DNA of 61,171 nt, filler included. It is 6 parts of 6 records of this genome, joined end to end, with 100 filler letters (N's around TTAATTAATTAA, not from the genome) between each part and the next. Parts side by side here need not be neighbours in the genome. Positions count along the whole stretch, not along the records: positions 1 to 7,352 come from SRR2962707_4185; positions 7,453 to 16,611 come from SRR2962707_4186; 4 more parts are not named here. One strand, written 5' to 3'. A program made the translations under genes and the position numbers. Positions 1 through 13,500 of this stretch are shown piece after piece (positions within the stretch are counted from its first letter, which is position 1; the number at the start of each line of letters is the position of its first letter). The notes beneath the pieces were generated by a model. It made no database searches. It was not told the origin of the DNA and saw only the letters and a list, made by a program, of their open reading frames with translations.

Positions 1-22
1 TGTGTGTGTGTGTGTGTGTGTG
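1..22. repeat. (TG)n microsatellite at window/contig start
   Basis: tgtgtg... run seen directly. Confidence 0.95.
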
Positions 23-150
23 TTGTCGTGTGGTTTTTCATGTAGTATTGTTGGTTTGTGAGTTGGAGAAAAAAGCAAAACACGATCAAAGCGAGCGAGC
101 TTTCCAAGCGGTGAACGGGCCCCTGGTCACGTACATACCTCTTTCTCTCA

Positions 151-1320
151 ATGTCTGAGGCCATCGCTGCTGCTGCTGCACACCAGCAGCAGCAGCAGCT
201 GGAGAAGCAGGTGGAAGAAGGCTCTGCTACCGATGTGACTCAGGCAAATGGACACACGAGCAACTGGGTCGTCGGGTTTGACTCCCAAAGGAAAACCCAA
301 TACTTTTACAACGTCGTGACTGGTGCGTCAGTCAGGATTCATTCTTGGCGGCTATTGTCTCACTCACTTTTCCCCTCGCTTGTTGCTTTTTTTGTTTGCC
401 TCCATTGTTTTTCTTTTTTTTTTTTGAATATGGCTGAAAAGAGGTTATAACTCTGCTGCACTGAACGGCTGTTAGGTGAGTCTGTGTGGCAGCTTCCAGA
501 AGGGTCCACAGCGCGACCGATGGAAACCGAGCACCAGGATGGGATCGTTGCACTCGCAGGTGATGTGCCTGAAGCGACCGTGCATTTAGAAGTCGTTGAG
601 GAAATACTCGACGACGCAGACGCGCAGTGGCAAGAGTGCCAGTGCCGAACAAGTGGTGATCTGTACTACGTGCACAAACGCACTGGCATAGCGCAGTGGA
701 ACCGCCCACAAAGCGGCCAAATTGCCGATTTGGGATGGAGTTTGAGCCGGGTGATGCTGCAAATGAGTAACGAAGTCAAGTTTGCAGGAATGTCCGTTTT
801 GGCACTAGGCCTGTTGGCTGGCGGGGCTTACCATGGATACAGAAAAGAGCTGAAAAAGAATTCAGGAAAAAATCCCATGGTGAAAGTGGAACTGCCCTCC
901 ACTGCCCAGACTCGTGGTGGTGCTGGACGTCCTCTCCGTCGCCGTCGCTTGCGGTCTCAGGCGGTTGACCCTCGCCACGTAGCTGCAGGACAAGCCATGA
1001 GGGCGTTGGGCATTGCAACCATTGGTTCTGTTGCTACTTTTGGCGGAATAGTGCTGTTCACTGCAACTGCAATGCGTGTGTCCTCGGCGAAGGAGTTTGG
1101 AGATCAAATGCGCGACGTTGTTCCAGCTATTAAAAATCGGATAGGCGAATTTGTTGAACCGTTGGCACAGTCAGTGCGAGAAGTAGTCAGAAGTCTCGAA
1201 GTTAGTAAGGCCGCACGGGAACTCAAGCAGCAGCAACAGCAACACAGCAGCGTTGATGCAGAGGCCGCTGCCACAGCAGAAGAAAAAGTCGTTGCAGCTA
1301 CAACAGCTTCCCAGTCATAA
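151..1320 (+). CDS. Two-exon gene, join(151..322,476..1320): two WW domains followed by a TMEM242/DUF1358-like membrane region
   Basis: A GT..AG intron at 323-475 (gtgcgt...gttag) joins G|GT in frame and rebuilds WW1 (WVVGFDSQRKTQYFYNVVTGESVWQLP). WW2 is WQECQCRTSGDLYYVHKRTGIAQWNRP. The C-terminal AMRALGIATIGSVATFGGIVLFTATAMRVSSAKEFGDQMRDVVP resembles the TMEM242 family. Confidence 0.75.
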
Positions 1321-1518
1321 ACATTTATTTGTGTTTGTGCCAGTACTGGACCCCACTTATTCAAGCAGATGGTGTTAGCTTCCTCCATTCTGTTAATTTT
1401 TAATTTAAGAGCGCGCGAAACACGATGAAGTGTTCAATAACAACATATCAGGAGCGCCGGCGTGGACATAACATTGTAAACTATGAAAGTTTTTCAATCT
1501 TCGACGTCTTCCCCTTGA

Positions 1519-4500
1519 TCAATCCCAAGTTGCTTCAACTGGCGTTTGTGCTCTTTTTCCGTCACAAATTCCGGCACGGGTATCTGCAAGCATCGACAGA
1601 GAGGAAAATGAGTTTTTGTGGAAACGATGCGTGTGTGCCCGCACTGCCCGATTTTCATTCACAATTGGGCAACCCACCTGCTCCCACCATACTCCCACAC
1701 GCTGCCAAAGACCGATGAAATTATATGCCGCGACGAAATTGAGGAGGATGACAGAAACAATGAGCCAACTTGTTGGCAGGCAAAAAGTTGCAATGACCGC
1801 ACAGGAAAGGAACCAAACGAAACGCATCGAGTTCGTCTTCGATGCACCAAGCACGAGACACCGTAGTTTTAGCAACAAGCGGTTGCTCTCTGCTAAAATA
1901 TGAGTAGCCGTGGACACTTGCGTTGAGGCGTACACGGCCATGTTGATGTAGTCACCGATGTTTTTGTGACGTGTCTTGACCTGAATGCGCTTGATCTTCT
2001 TCTTGAACCGATAGCTAAGCATGTTGAGGGCAAGAGCCCATAGCAGTAACGTTGGCAAATATTCATGCACATGAAACGCGACCAGAGCAATGATAGCTAA
2101 GTATGTGACGGAAGCCTGCACCACATGCTTCCAGTTAAGAAGGTCTGACATGATGCGCTTGCCCTTGACCAAACCCAGGTAGACTTGGTTGGCAATGAGG
2201 TACATCATCTCCAGATGCTGCACAATCCCGCCGATCTTCCCAGATCCCTGCCACGCCTGCTTAAAACTGTTGTTCTTGAAATTGAATTCTTCAGTCTCAA
2301 AGTTTTTCTTGAGCTGCGCCAAGGCTTGGCGATGAACAACAATCCCAGCATTCCCTGGCAGCTTCTCATCGAATTTAACCCCCTGTTGGTTCGCCCCGGG
2401 TCTGAGCAAGGATTGAGTCCACGGCGCCTCAACGAAGAGCGAATTTGGCGCTGCAAGCCCAAAGCGTCGTACGTCAGCCACAACTGCGACAATGTTGCGC
2501 TGCCAAATGTTGTTGCACTCCGGAATGGGTCGAAGCTCCTCACGTCCGATCTTGGAATCCGGGAAGGACATTGTCAGAAACGAGTCAGGACCGACCTTGG
2601 ATGTTAGCTTGCTCATGACGAGGTAGCGGCGAATATTCATTGACACGATCTCTTGCACATACTTCGACAGCAATGCACCATCTCCTGCCGCGAGAACGCG
2701 ATCGTCTTTCTGATAGTGGTTGATGGTGTTCCAGGCGCATGCCATTTCCAGCAACAAGGCGTGCAAAATTTGTAAGTGCTGCCGTCGAACTTCGCGTTTT
2801 TCGACTAAACTGTCACCGAGAGCACCAACAAAGTGGGAATGCAAACAAACGTGACACGTTAATAGCACATAACACTTCGCGCATAAAAATATACGCTCAT
2901 TGAAATGAACTTCCAAAATCATACCTGGTGCTCTTGTAACCATAATTGTCTGGAAGAAGAGCAATTCTCACGCTCAGTCCGGATCGATGAGCTTCCACAC
3001 CGGTTTCACTGTGCTTGTGGAACTCAATGTATATCTTTTCTGCCGTGTCGGAGCCATCTTCTCGATCTTCGTCATGTGGGTAATCATGCACAACCACGGC
3101 AGCATACTGGGCAAACCAAACGCTGACAAGCTCCTGGGGTGTCGATATTAACAGCCGTCGAGGAGTCACAGCAATGCCCCACGGATACTCGATCCTCATT
3201 GCGGCATTGCGCATGGCACGAGTTTTGGTGGAAATATTTTTGAGCGTCTTTTTGACAAAATTGTCGAGCGCGTCCAGTCGAGACCCTTTGGCAAGGTCGG
3301 CAGTGATGTCCATGTCCACGACATTCACGTCCATCAACTTTTTTATGGATGTGTTGGTCCAAAGCAAAGCCTCGTCCGCATCCAGTCCCAACGCAGATTG
3401 TTTGGTTGTGACGAGAGCATCGGACGGCAAAAGACCTTGCGCAGCCTGCAAGGCCCTCGACTCAACGTTGAGTGTTGCTTTGCGTGTCGCGTCTTCTCCA
3501 AGGAGATGCTCGTGTAGTGCTGACACGTAAATCTTGAATGTCGAAAAAGGTAGTTGAAGATATTGAACTTTGTGGAAATGGGAAGGTGGCTTGTCGTGCT
3601 TTACAAGCTGAACCTTGACGCGCATCTTGGCCACCGCCGAATGTCCATGCCGGTGCGGGTGCTACATGCGTGAGCACAGATCGTGAGTGGAAAATCAAAA
3701 GCGGGAAAGTGACACACGATAGCTGAACACCAGTAAAATTGACGCAAAAAGACAGAAGCATCATCAATGACAAGATTGAGACGGTACCTGTACGGATCCC
3801 ATCACGTCATCGTGGATCCGTGCAGCACCTATTCCAATCATTCCATCGTCAATTTCATCGTGCTCATCTGAAGAGAAAAAGTCGTCGGTTTTGAGGAAAT
3901 TTTGGGTGGGTGATCGCCCAAAGAAGCGCTCCTTGATACGGCGCATTTCCGCGTGTTGCTCAGCTAATGTGTTTAATTCTACTGTGGTTACGTTGCAGCA
4001 CCCTTTGCGCAGCGATAAACCACGTGTTGCTGGAGAGTTCCCATCCAGCTGCAAAATTTTGCCTCCAAGGAACAGGTCTGCACCAATGTCCGATCTGTGC
4101 CAAATTTCGATGTGTACGAGCTTTTTCCGCCACGCGTCGCTGGCGTCACTTGCGTCTGCCAGCCACAGCCAAAAATACTGGTCGAAATGCGGGTTCGAGT
4201 CTTTTCGAAACACCCGACTGCACACAGCCTGCTCTTGCATTTGGGTCGACGTGGAGGTGACCATGTATACCTTGATGTACGGATTCAAGTCCATGGACTT
4301 GTGTGCAGGTTGGAACCTACTGTGCGCATGCTGTGAGTTGTGAAATAGATTCTCGGCATCAAGAACACGCAGCAAGAGGCAGAGTCCTTGGATGTTTTGT
4401 TCCTTTTTCTCAAGCAGCTGCGGGGTGTAGAGGCTCTGCTGGTCGGCCTCGTCAAGAGAGTCGCTGAGCTGTTGCAGCTTGTAAAATAAGACATGGCTGC

Positions 4501-6732
4501 TGGCATAATCGGCAATGAAGGGTTGCTTCAGTGAACCAGCGCCAAATGCCTCCACTGATACGGCGTCCAACGGCCAACCGTCGGCGTACCCCATAACTTC
4601 CTCGGACTAGTTCAAGAAAGTCACGAATGCAACGCCACAACAAGTACGAATCATTTCAACGGAATGGCAACATATCCCAGAATGCGGGCAAAATCGTGCA
4701 CCGTACCTCGGGAATAAAGTCCTCAAACAAGACACGCGGATTGGTAAGGTCAGTTCGCACACTCGAAGCGGAGGGAAGTGAGCACTGCATGTTCACTGTT
4801 GGCCGCTTGAACCGCGTAGCGGACGCCCGACGGCTTCCTTTTCTGCCACCGGAATATAGGGACCGAAACGTCCGTTGCAACATTGTGATAGCACGCACTT
4901 CTTTCGGCGACGCAGTTTCGCAAAAAACCTGACTCCTCATGGAGACGGCCCGAGATCCAACGCTTTTTGTCCGTTCATTTCCACCCTGACTCGCTCGAGC
5001 TGTGGCCACATGCAACCCCTTGCCTTGGGTGGTCATTTGATGGGATCGGGTGCCCGGAGAACTCTCTTTTCTGCTGCTAGAAGACGTACCTTTCGCATGA
5101 GTTCTTCCAGTCCCGTATCCAATGGTGTGAAGTTTGTTGCTTGCTCTTTCAACGAGATCTAAGTGGGAATCAAGTGCTCGGTTTAAGTTGTCCTCGAGGA
5201 GCTGCTTCGCATCGGAGGCTCTGCGCTCCATTTCGTGCCTCATGGTTGCAAGAGACTGTGTGCGCATGGACAAAATCACGCTCCCGCCAACATGTGACTG
5301 TGCCGACCGTCCCACGAGCTCCAATTGGAACTTTGTTCCGCGCCGAGCGCTTAACTCAATGCATGCACGTCCCAGAAACCGATCCAAGCCACGCCGTTTC
5401 CTTTCGCTGTAGTCCCACAAATCAACCGATATTTCTGGATCTCCGTCTGGCACCGCAGATTCCAGCTCGTCAATGAAGACTGTAAAACACGCCTCCGTCG
5501 GGACGCTGTCTCCAGAGAATTTGTCAATCGAGTCCCAGGCTGGGTGAAGAGTATTGTGTTTCACTTGAAAGCAAAACAGCTCCGGTGGACTTTGCCACAG
5601 GTTCAGCAACAACAAGCGCGCATATGGGCTTGACATTCGAGTGGACTTGTTCTTGGCCTTTAGGCGCTCTGCTCGATGCAGTGTTACGAGGATTGAAACG
5701 CGCTCATCCTCCCAATTCGCGGCCTGCATACAACAGTCAATGGGAAAATGGGCAGGTTGATTCACATCAGCAACACCCAACGGGGGAGCAAGCGGCCGGC
5801 ATTGTCGACCAACAGCCAAGGTTGCAGCAAAACACAACCATGTGCACGCACCGATTCCACTCCGTTGCGCAAGATTTCCTGAATCTTTGCCACAACAAAG
5901 TTGGGTTCGTTGCGAAAACGCTTGCAGGGTTCAAAGACCGCGGGGTTAACATTGAACGCTTGCTTGTCCCCCAGATGTCCGCCTGCCGCTCCATCGAAGT
6001 AAAGTAAATTGTGGTCGCAAGCAAACCGGTATATCTTTTTTTTGTACTTGAATTCTTGGGTGCCATACATCTCGAGAATGATGCTGTGTGCGAGCAGAGA
6101 CTCCCCTAAACTGATGGCAGCCTCGCGCGACTCCACCACTTGCAGCAACTCGCATACATTGACCAGGTCAATTCCGTAAAAGCAAACCTGGACAAACCCA
6201 ATGGACAGAGCTGAAATTAACACACTAAATACAGCAACAGAAAAACAACACCACAATCGCAACCGATTGGTGCAAGCGTTCACCACCATACCTGAAAAAC
6301 CCTGCCCTGCTTCCGCTTTGCAGAAATGCATCTCTGGATCAACAGAAGCTGCCGTACCATTGTACCCACTCGCAGCCAGTATTGGTATGCATTAGGATCC
6401 AAGGAGTAGATATTCGAAGGAACAAGCTCCAGCGGCGAGAAGAAATCACTTCGCTCATTGATGACATGAGAGCTTGCAATGCTTTGCTTATTCAGCGCTG
6501 TGCTGCTCCGCGACAACAACGTGGTTGCGCTTCCGATTGAAGAAGAGATAGAGGTGTTGTCGGCGTCGCCTTCGATCGAAAGCCGGTGCTCGCGATACAT
6601 CGTTCTGATCGGTGACTGAAGTGTGTTCGAGTGGGGCATCTTGTTCAACTGCTGACTCTGCTGACTCAGGGATTTCTTAGGAGCGGGAGTGCCATAAATA
6701 TCGCCACCACCACCACCACCACCACGGTACAT
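1519..6732 (-). CDS. Multi-exon DEP + C2 + IQ + C2 + C-terminal transmembrane protein (MCTP-like architecture)
   Basis: Consecutive minus-strand ORFs are separated by GT-AG introns. DEP-like CFYGIDLV..SREAAISLGESLL..EFKYKKKIYRF (~6020-6190). C2 VTLHRAERLKAKNK..SSPYARL..VDLWDY..FLGRACIEL (~5260-5700). IQ-like AITMLQRTFRSLY (~4850-4890). Second C2 LRVLDAENL..NPYIKV..NPHFDQYF..IEIWH..FLG (~4050-4380). Two hydrophobic hairpins near the C-terminus. Exact exon boundaries are partly inferred. Confidence 0.7.
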
Positions 6733-7352
6733 CTTGGTGTGTGCAGCAACAACAACGCAAGAGAATGAAGTTGACGAAGCGGGAGTTGAAAAAAGAACAA
6801 AAAGAGAAAGAGAAGCAGAAGGAGAAGGAGAAGCAAAATGTGAAAGAAAATCAGATCCAGGCCTACCGACACGGTCTGCCAACGGCAGCCTCGCCGGTGG
6901 GCAGCTCAATCCCTGGAGAGGATAGGGAGGTAAGAACGAGTACAAAAATCTTTTCAATAGCCTCCGTCTCTGTCTCTGTCTCCCCAGAGGGAGGGATTCG
7001 TCAGTCGGCTTTAATAAGCGTGAGTCCAACTCCAAACATCATTATCATCGTGCCTTTTCTTGAAGAAAAAACACTTTCCTCATCTCAACACTTTCAACTG
7101 TTTCTATCTTTCGAGACGCTCTCCCTCCCTCGCCTCTCTCGACACTCACTCACACCGCACACACACACTCTCGCAGGAGGCACTCACAAAAGTGCGAACA
7201 CGCACACATCACTCGCTCAACTGGAGCGAGAGAAACAGAGAGCAAGAGTCAAAATAGAGCGAGAGTCTCGAGAGAGGAGAGAGAACGAGTCTCAACATGA
7301 AACTCTCGCTCTCTTGAGACAGACTCTCGCTCTACCGAGACTCTCTCTCTCT

Positions 7353-7452
7353 NNNNNNNNNNNNNNNNNNNNNNNNNNNNNNNNNNNNNNNNNNNNTTAA
7401 TTAATTAANNNNNNNNNNNNNNNNNNNNNNNNNNNNNNNNNNNNNNNNNNNN
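7353..7452. other. Artificial contig-joining spacer (N44-TTAATTAATTAA-N44)
   Basis: Identical 100-bp spacer occurs five times; TTAATTAATTAA places stops in all six frames. Confidence 0.98.
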
Positions 7453-7496
7453 TCTGTCTGTCTGTCTGTATGCATGCATGCATGCATGTATGTATG
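7453..7496. repeat. (TCTG)n/(ATGC)n/(ATGT)n simple repeats at contig start
   Basis: Seen directly. Confidence 0.85.
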
Positions 7497-7561
7497 AACG
7501 AATGTATATGTATGTGCGTGTGCAGGGTTTCCAGCACAGGTGCTACTAGCACCGGGCGGCG

Positions 7562-10500
7562 ATGGCAGGGGACCCTGAGGTTCTGGCTGGACTTGCCGCG
7601 TTAGCTGAGGCGGCTGCCGGCAAAGACGGGGCAGATGAGCTCCTGGCAGTTCTACAAGAGGCGGTAGCACTTCGCGTGGTGAAGGCCGCGGCAGAACTTC
7701 GGCACATGACCAAGGCCGTGAAGAAGGGCAAGCACGCGCCGTCTTATTACCAGTCGAAATGGCAGAAGAAAGTCAAATACGCACGTGAACTTGCCGCGTG
7801 GGCGGCTCAGCAGGAGGCGCTGCGCCTGCAAATGGAGGCTGCCGCTGCTGCCGCTCCACAGGAACAGGACGCAAGCGACGACCATAAGAATGCGCTGCGT
7901 CTAGGTGAAGGGAATGCGCAGGATCAAGTGGATGGCGACGACGACGAGCATCCTCCGCCCCCACCCCCCGATTTCGAGGAAGAAGGCCCAACTGCAGGCT
8001 CAATGGGCGGTGCCGGTGGGAACACTCGCTCACCGGATGATTATCCTCCTCCGCCGCCATCACAAGACGGTGACGATGATGCCGACGATGACAGTGCCTC
8101 TGTTGCACCCCCACCTCCTGTGCATGACAGCGAACAGCAGAGCGCCCAGCTTGTGGAAACAACTGGTCCAGCGCCGAATGTGGGCCCACAACAGGACACA
8201 GAGGCGTCAGGGGAGGCGAAACAGCAACCTGAAGCGCCGTTGTCCGAAAAACCGCAACGTGCGCGGCACGATGCCTTGGCCGAGACAGAGCTTTCTCGGT
8301 TGCTTAATTCAGGAAACCTCGGGACCTTTTCCATTGCATGCAAACGAGCGCTCGCCAGCGCCAACTTGAAAACGCTTGGGGATATCTCGCAGCTTTCGAA
8401 TGCTGCTGAGCTTCACGATGCTGTCGAGGCGACAGCTGCCGCAGAAGACCCTACCAGTGGCGGTGTATTGACCCACACCCAAGCGCGCCGGCTTTGGAAG
8501 GCTGCACGTGATCATGCACACGCATTGGAGCAGGCCGAAGTGGAACAAGCATCTTACGACGACGAAGAAGAAGGCTTCTACGACGATGATGGGAACTGGA
8601 TATCGCCGGAAGAGGCCAAGGCGATACGCAAGCAACAGAGTCAAGTGGCAGACCCACAAGCGGGCGATACAAGCAAGCAACTGCAGCGACCGATTGAGTC
8701 GCTTTCCAGCTCCACTGCAGGCACAGCTGCAGCTCCACCGCCACCGCCACCGGCTGCTCATTCAAATACAACAGCAGCAGTACCCCTGAGGTCCGCTGCA
8801 GACACAACCGCGCCGCCTCCACCTCCGCCAGCCAAATCGCCAACAACAAGCTCCACGGCCAACTCATCATACTCACCGCCTCCACCCCCCCCTGCCTTGT
8901 CCGTGGGGAGTGCTGCGGTGAGCAACAAGGCAGCGGCAGCAGCGCAGGGCGACCTTCTGACAGCGATTGCCAACGGAGCTGGCTTGAAGAAACGTTCTGC
9001 TAAATCCCCTTCGAAGCGGACGCAGCTCTTGCGATGGTGCCAGGACCGGTTGCACCCTCACAGAGATGCTCTCGGAGTGAAGGTTGGCTTCCCGAAAAAT
9101 TTCTCACAGGCGTGGCGCAGTGGCAAGGTATTGCGGTGCTTGGCATCATGTGGCTGGCATGCGCTTCAATGAACGCGCTTTATCCTGCCCTGCAAGTGCT
9201 GACTCGTGTGCCTATTCTCAATATTGTGTGCACAGGCCTTTTGTGGCGTACTGCTGGACGTATCCCCGTCAACCGTTGATGTTGAGGCGGTGCTAGCAAT
9301 GACTCCTTCTGAGCGAGTAGCATTTGCTTTTAAGTTAGCAGACGAACGTTATGGTGTGCCACGCCTGATGGACGTACAAGACGTGGTGAGTTCTGATTGC
9401 TGTGAGCCTTTGCCCGAACATCCAATGGTCAACTGCTTTCAGCGTTTTTCAACGTGTTACAAACTTCTCTCATGGTTGCAAAGGTTGAGCCAACACGGCC
9501 GGACGATAAATGTATAATGCTGTACGTGAGCTACCTATACAAGCAGTGCGAACCATTGCGCGAAACGCTCGCGGATGCCGCGGCCATCGAGACGCCCTCT
9601 ACGAGAGGAGACCTTTCCGAACAGGATACACTTGGGTCCGCCTCTGGCGAATCGCTCGGGCAAGACGCGTCAGCACCGTCAACGGATGTAAGCAATGGCG
9701 CCGCTGAATCTGTGACCACCGAATCCGTGCCCTTGCTCCCTGCGCAGTCGGTTCGCGAGCCCGAGCAGCCGGTCAGCGAGCCCGGTCAGCCAGTCAGAGA
9801 GCCCGGTCAGCCGGTCAGCGAGCCCAAGCAGCTTGAGCGCAAACGTAGTGAAGCCCCGGCTGATCCCGATGCCCAAATCCAACTCGACCAAGATGCTCAA
9901 TCTGGTGTGGAGGTCAACGCGGTTGAAGCAAAATCCCTCTCAACGAATGTCCATCTACAACATGCCAATCCTGCAACGAAGGAGACCGTTACTTTCCCTG
10001 GCGCAGATGCCTTGGATTTACGTCCAGAAACTCACACCCAAAGTGCTGAGGAGTTGTCGAACGACTCACCCCATCCCGCGACTGAACCCCAACGACATGA
10101 AAATGACGTTCTTGGAGAGCTAACAGTCGACGAAAACACTGCAGTTGAAGGCACGAACAGTGCAAATGCTCATGTTGGTGGCAATGGGGAGAACCTGCCA
10201 CCCGGGCGTAATACCATCGCTACCAAGGACAACAAGTTGACACCAACGCGTGTGCCTAGCAGCAGTGTTGCCGACAACCCCCATTCTCGTGACGCAGCCC
10301 CGAACAGCGCCGCCAAAGGCATTCGGGACGACGGACAATTGGAGGCCGAAAATTGGCCCGGCGGGGCCAAATGCTCTCCGTTTGACGAAGGTGAAAGCAA
10401 TGTTCTGCTGTCGGGCATTTTGCTAAAGCAAGGGAAACACCGTCACTCGTGGCGGCGGCGTTTCGTGGAATTGCGTCGAGATGGCATCCTTTGCTATTTC

Positions 10501-13500
10501 AAGCGTGAAGGCGACGCACTGCCACGAGGGTCACTCAATTTAGACTCAATTTTCAGTGTTCACTGTGACACGGAGCTGTACGTATGCTCGGCGCTGTCCG
10601 GAAACACCTCTTCCGGTCCATAATAGCCGCTTTGAGAAAGCCGCATCCGTGATTTGTTGCGTGTGCTCATGCACCCAACCCTCTTGTTTTGTTTCGACCA
10701 CGACACAGGTATCCCGAACCGCATTGTTTCCAGCTGAGCAGTTGTGACGGTGTTTTGGCGCTTCGAGCTCGCGACCGCGAACAAATGATAAACTGGATGC
10801 GCAAAGTACACGAGGTGGCTGCACAAAGGCTCTTTCACGTGGACGGAGGCGCCATGCCGCCCGAAAATTACAAAGATCGCATCGTGTTGCTGCTTCCCCC
10901 GTTGCCTCATTCGGATTTGAACGAGACGCCACAACCGAGTTTCCCTGGGAGCATTGGCAGCGGAAAAGAAGAACGAGGAGGACCAGGAGACGAAAAAGAA
11001 GAGAAACACGGCAACAACTCACCCCAAGCGGAAGAGAGCGCACACACTACATTGTGTGAAGTTGATACGGCGAAGCCTGAGAAAGGCGAAAGGCAGAGCC
11101 ATGTTGCAAACGAAGCGGCACTCGCGTCGTCTGCTGCGCTTACCACCGCCAGCTTGCTGCTGCGTCGATACGGTTTTTGGATCAACGCATTACACGTGGG
11201 ATTTGTGGTGCGTGATCTTCGGCAAGACGTTCGAGACGGTGTCCTGCTAGCAAGGCTTCTGGGTTTTGTGGACCCAGAAGGCTTTCGCAGCTTTGCTCTG
11301 GGAGTCAGTCGCAAGCCCTGCTCCCGCGCTGCAGCTCTGCACAACATCGAGAAATGTTTGTATTACCTGTACGCTGCGCCGTCGTTTCCAAATAGGTGAG
11401 CTTCTTTTGTTTTTCTTGTCCCGTGACTGCTGACAGCGCGAGGCAACAAACCGTTGCTTGTCAGTCATGGACTCCGGCGTCACATTTTCCATATCTATGC
11501 CCATCTATGCACAGGTGCATCCCGACCGCCGAGAGTTTGTATGCCGGCCGCGCAAAGGCTGTGCGCCAGCTATTCGGGCAAATATTCCGCACATTTGCTC
11601 TCAAACCAGCACTTAGGGTTTTTTCAAATTGCCTCGATTGGTTCGCCTCCGTCTTTTCGTCTGTTGTTGGGGACGAAGGCTCTGCTGTTGCTATTCTGAA
11701 CCCGTCAGTCTTGCGCAAACTCAACATACGGGCCGGACAACGCTTGAAGCCAGCGGGAGACGGTGCCACACTTTGTAATTTCTTTCGCTCCGGACTACCT
11801 TTTCTAGCAGTGCTGTTGGCCGGCTGCGATGCAGCGTGTCAACTACCTGATGCCACTCCTGTAAGTGAACTGTTTTGCCGGAAGTTAGAGATAAATTCGA
11901 ATGTGGTAGCGGGCAGTGTACTGGTTTTTATTGTTGTTTGTCACTTGCTACGGGTTTGTGCTTGTTAGGCATCAGCTGCAGAACGTCACGGGCTCCCGCC
12001 GTCAGAGCTGGTTGACACTCTCCTCTGGGATAGCGCGTGTGGGGGTGCCATCCCTCCGTCACATGCTTCATCACCTCACCAAACCGACACTTTAGTGCCT
12101 CAGCGTCACAACAAACACAAGACGCCGCCGACTCGAGGTCGCTGGACAAGCCGCACCTTTGTTGGAGGCAGTGGCAGCGGACTTGACAAACGTCACGATA
12201 GCAGTGGAAGGACCGCCAGACGTGTTTCTGAGCCGGCAGATAAATCAATTGTGCCTGCACCGCCAGTCTCACTTGAACTGCGGGAGCTCGTTGCCAAACT
12301 TCAGCGATCCAGTGGACGGATTCGAACATTTTTCGAAGAGCATCTTCGCCAACGCGATGATCCGGATGGCGATGACGCTAGTAGTTCATTTGACGTGCGC
12401 CAAGAGCGCCAAGGACTTGGATACGCACTGCAGGTGCTGCGCATGCTCGGCGTTCCTGTAGTTCTTGACCTCGACCTTTTCTTGGCTGCTCCCGACCCAG
12501 ACTTCCTCGTCGTGCAGGTACCCGAACACAAACAATTATTGATTGCGCTTCAAAGCACTCATATTGTCGCGCGTTGGCTAACTCTGCTGTTTGTTTTGGC
12601 CCAATTCCGCTACCACCGCAATGCTGGCAGCTTTACATGGTGTGGAGGTTTCTTAGTCCAGTTGTGGGTCCTGAAGGATCCCCGCTGCAGTCTCATTTTC
12701 CAATGCCCTCGTCTGCACCTGACAATGACGAGCGAGCAGCGGCAACGGCCGAACTGCTGCTTTCTGCGGAACGCGAGAGGCTGCGAGCACGGTCCGTGCG
12801 CGTTTGTGCAGGCGGGGGTGTGGGTTGGAAGTTTCTTGGCGAGACTTGACTCTGATGTTGCTGCTGCTTTCCAAATTGGTACATACAGGCGGTGTGCCGC
12901 CCGCAGCGCTCTTTTGGCCAGCAACCACGACGAGCCCACCCCGTGGAACCCGAGCACGGCTTCGCCACTCGTATCTCACCAAGAAAAACGCGATACTTTT
13001 GGATCGGATGTGGCACAGAAAAGAGACCTTGAAACAAACTATCACAACGACACCGGTGAGATGATGTTTGATACGTCCGCGCTCGTCAAATTATTTGGTG
13101 GTTGTCAATTCTATCTGGAACTCACTTTGTCTCGTATTTTGCCGATTCTCAAAGTTTTGAGGGAGCGTGCGGTAGCCCGTGTCCACCGCGAGCGCAAGCG
13201 GCGTTTGCAAAATCGCCTTCGGCAGGAGAAGTTAGTGGCACAGCAGCGACTGGGCAATGGTGCCGACGGTCAGTACGAGGATCAGGGAAGTCTTCCTCAC
13301 TCTGAGGCAATCTTTGGCGATGCTGGAGCAAGGCGCACGGGCACGGGATTTCAGGATGCTGCTGATGAGCAAAGCCACAGTAGCCAAGAAAGTCATCGAT
13401 CTGCAGAATATTTGGATGACAGACTCGGGCCATGGGTGGAAGAAGGGGATGAGGACGAGGATGGTATTGACGATGAAGGCCCGGGTGGCGGAGGGTCCGA

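Noticed and set aside
1-22. Terminal simple repeats as telomeres
   Set aside because: The motifs differ at each contig end (TG, CT, TCTG, GTA, AG, CAG, AAC), which is typical of assembly breaks at microsatellites.
6741-7400. ORFs running into N runs (also 16656-17031 and 21119-21790)
   Set aside because: These are low-complexity or antisense translations extended by Ns, with no protein motifs.
7353-7452. Recurrent TTAATTAATTAA palindrome as a biological repeat or recombination site
   Set aside because: It is always centred in exactly 44+44 Ns, which marks it as a synthetic all-frame stop linker.
9745-9828. CRISPR-like array
   Set aside because: The units are contiguous with no unique spacers, lie in frame within a eukaryotic exon, and no cas genes are present in the window.
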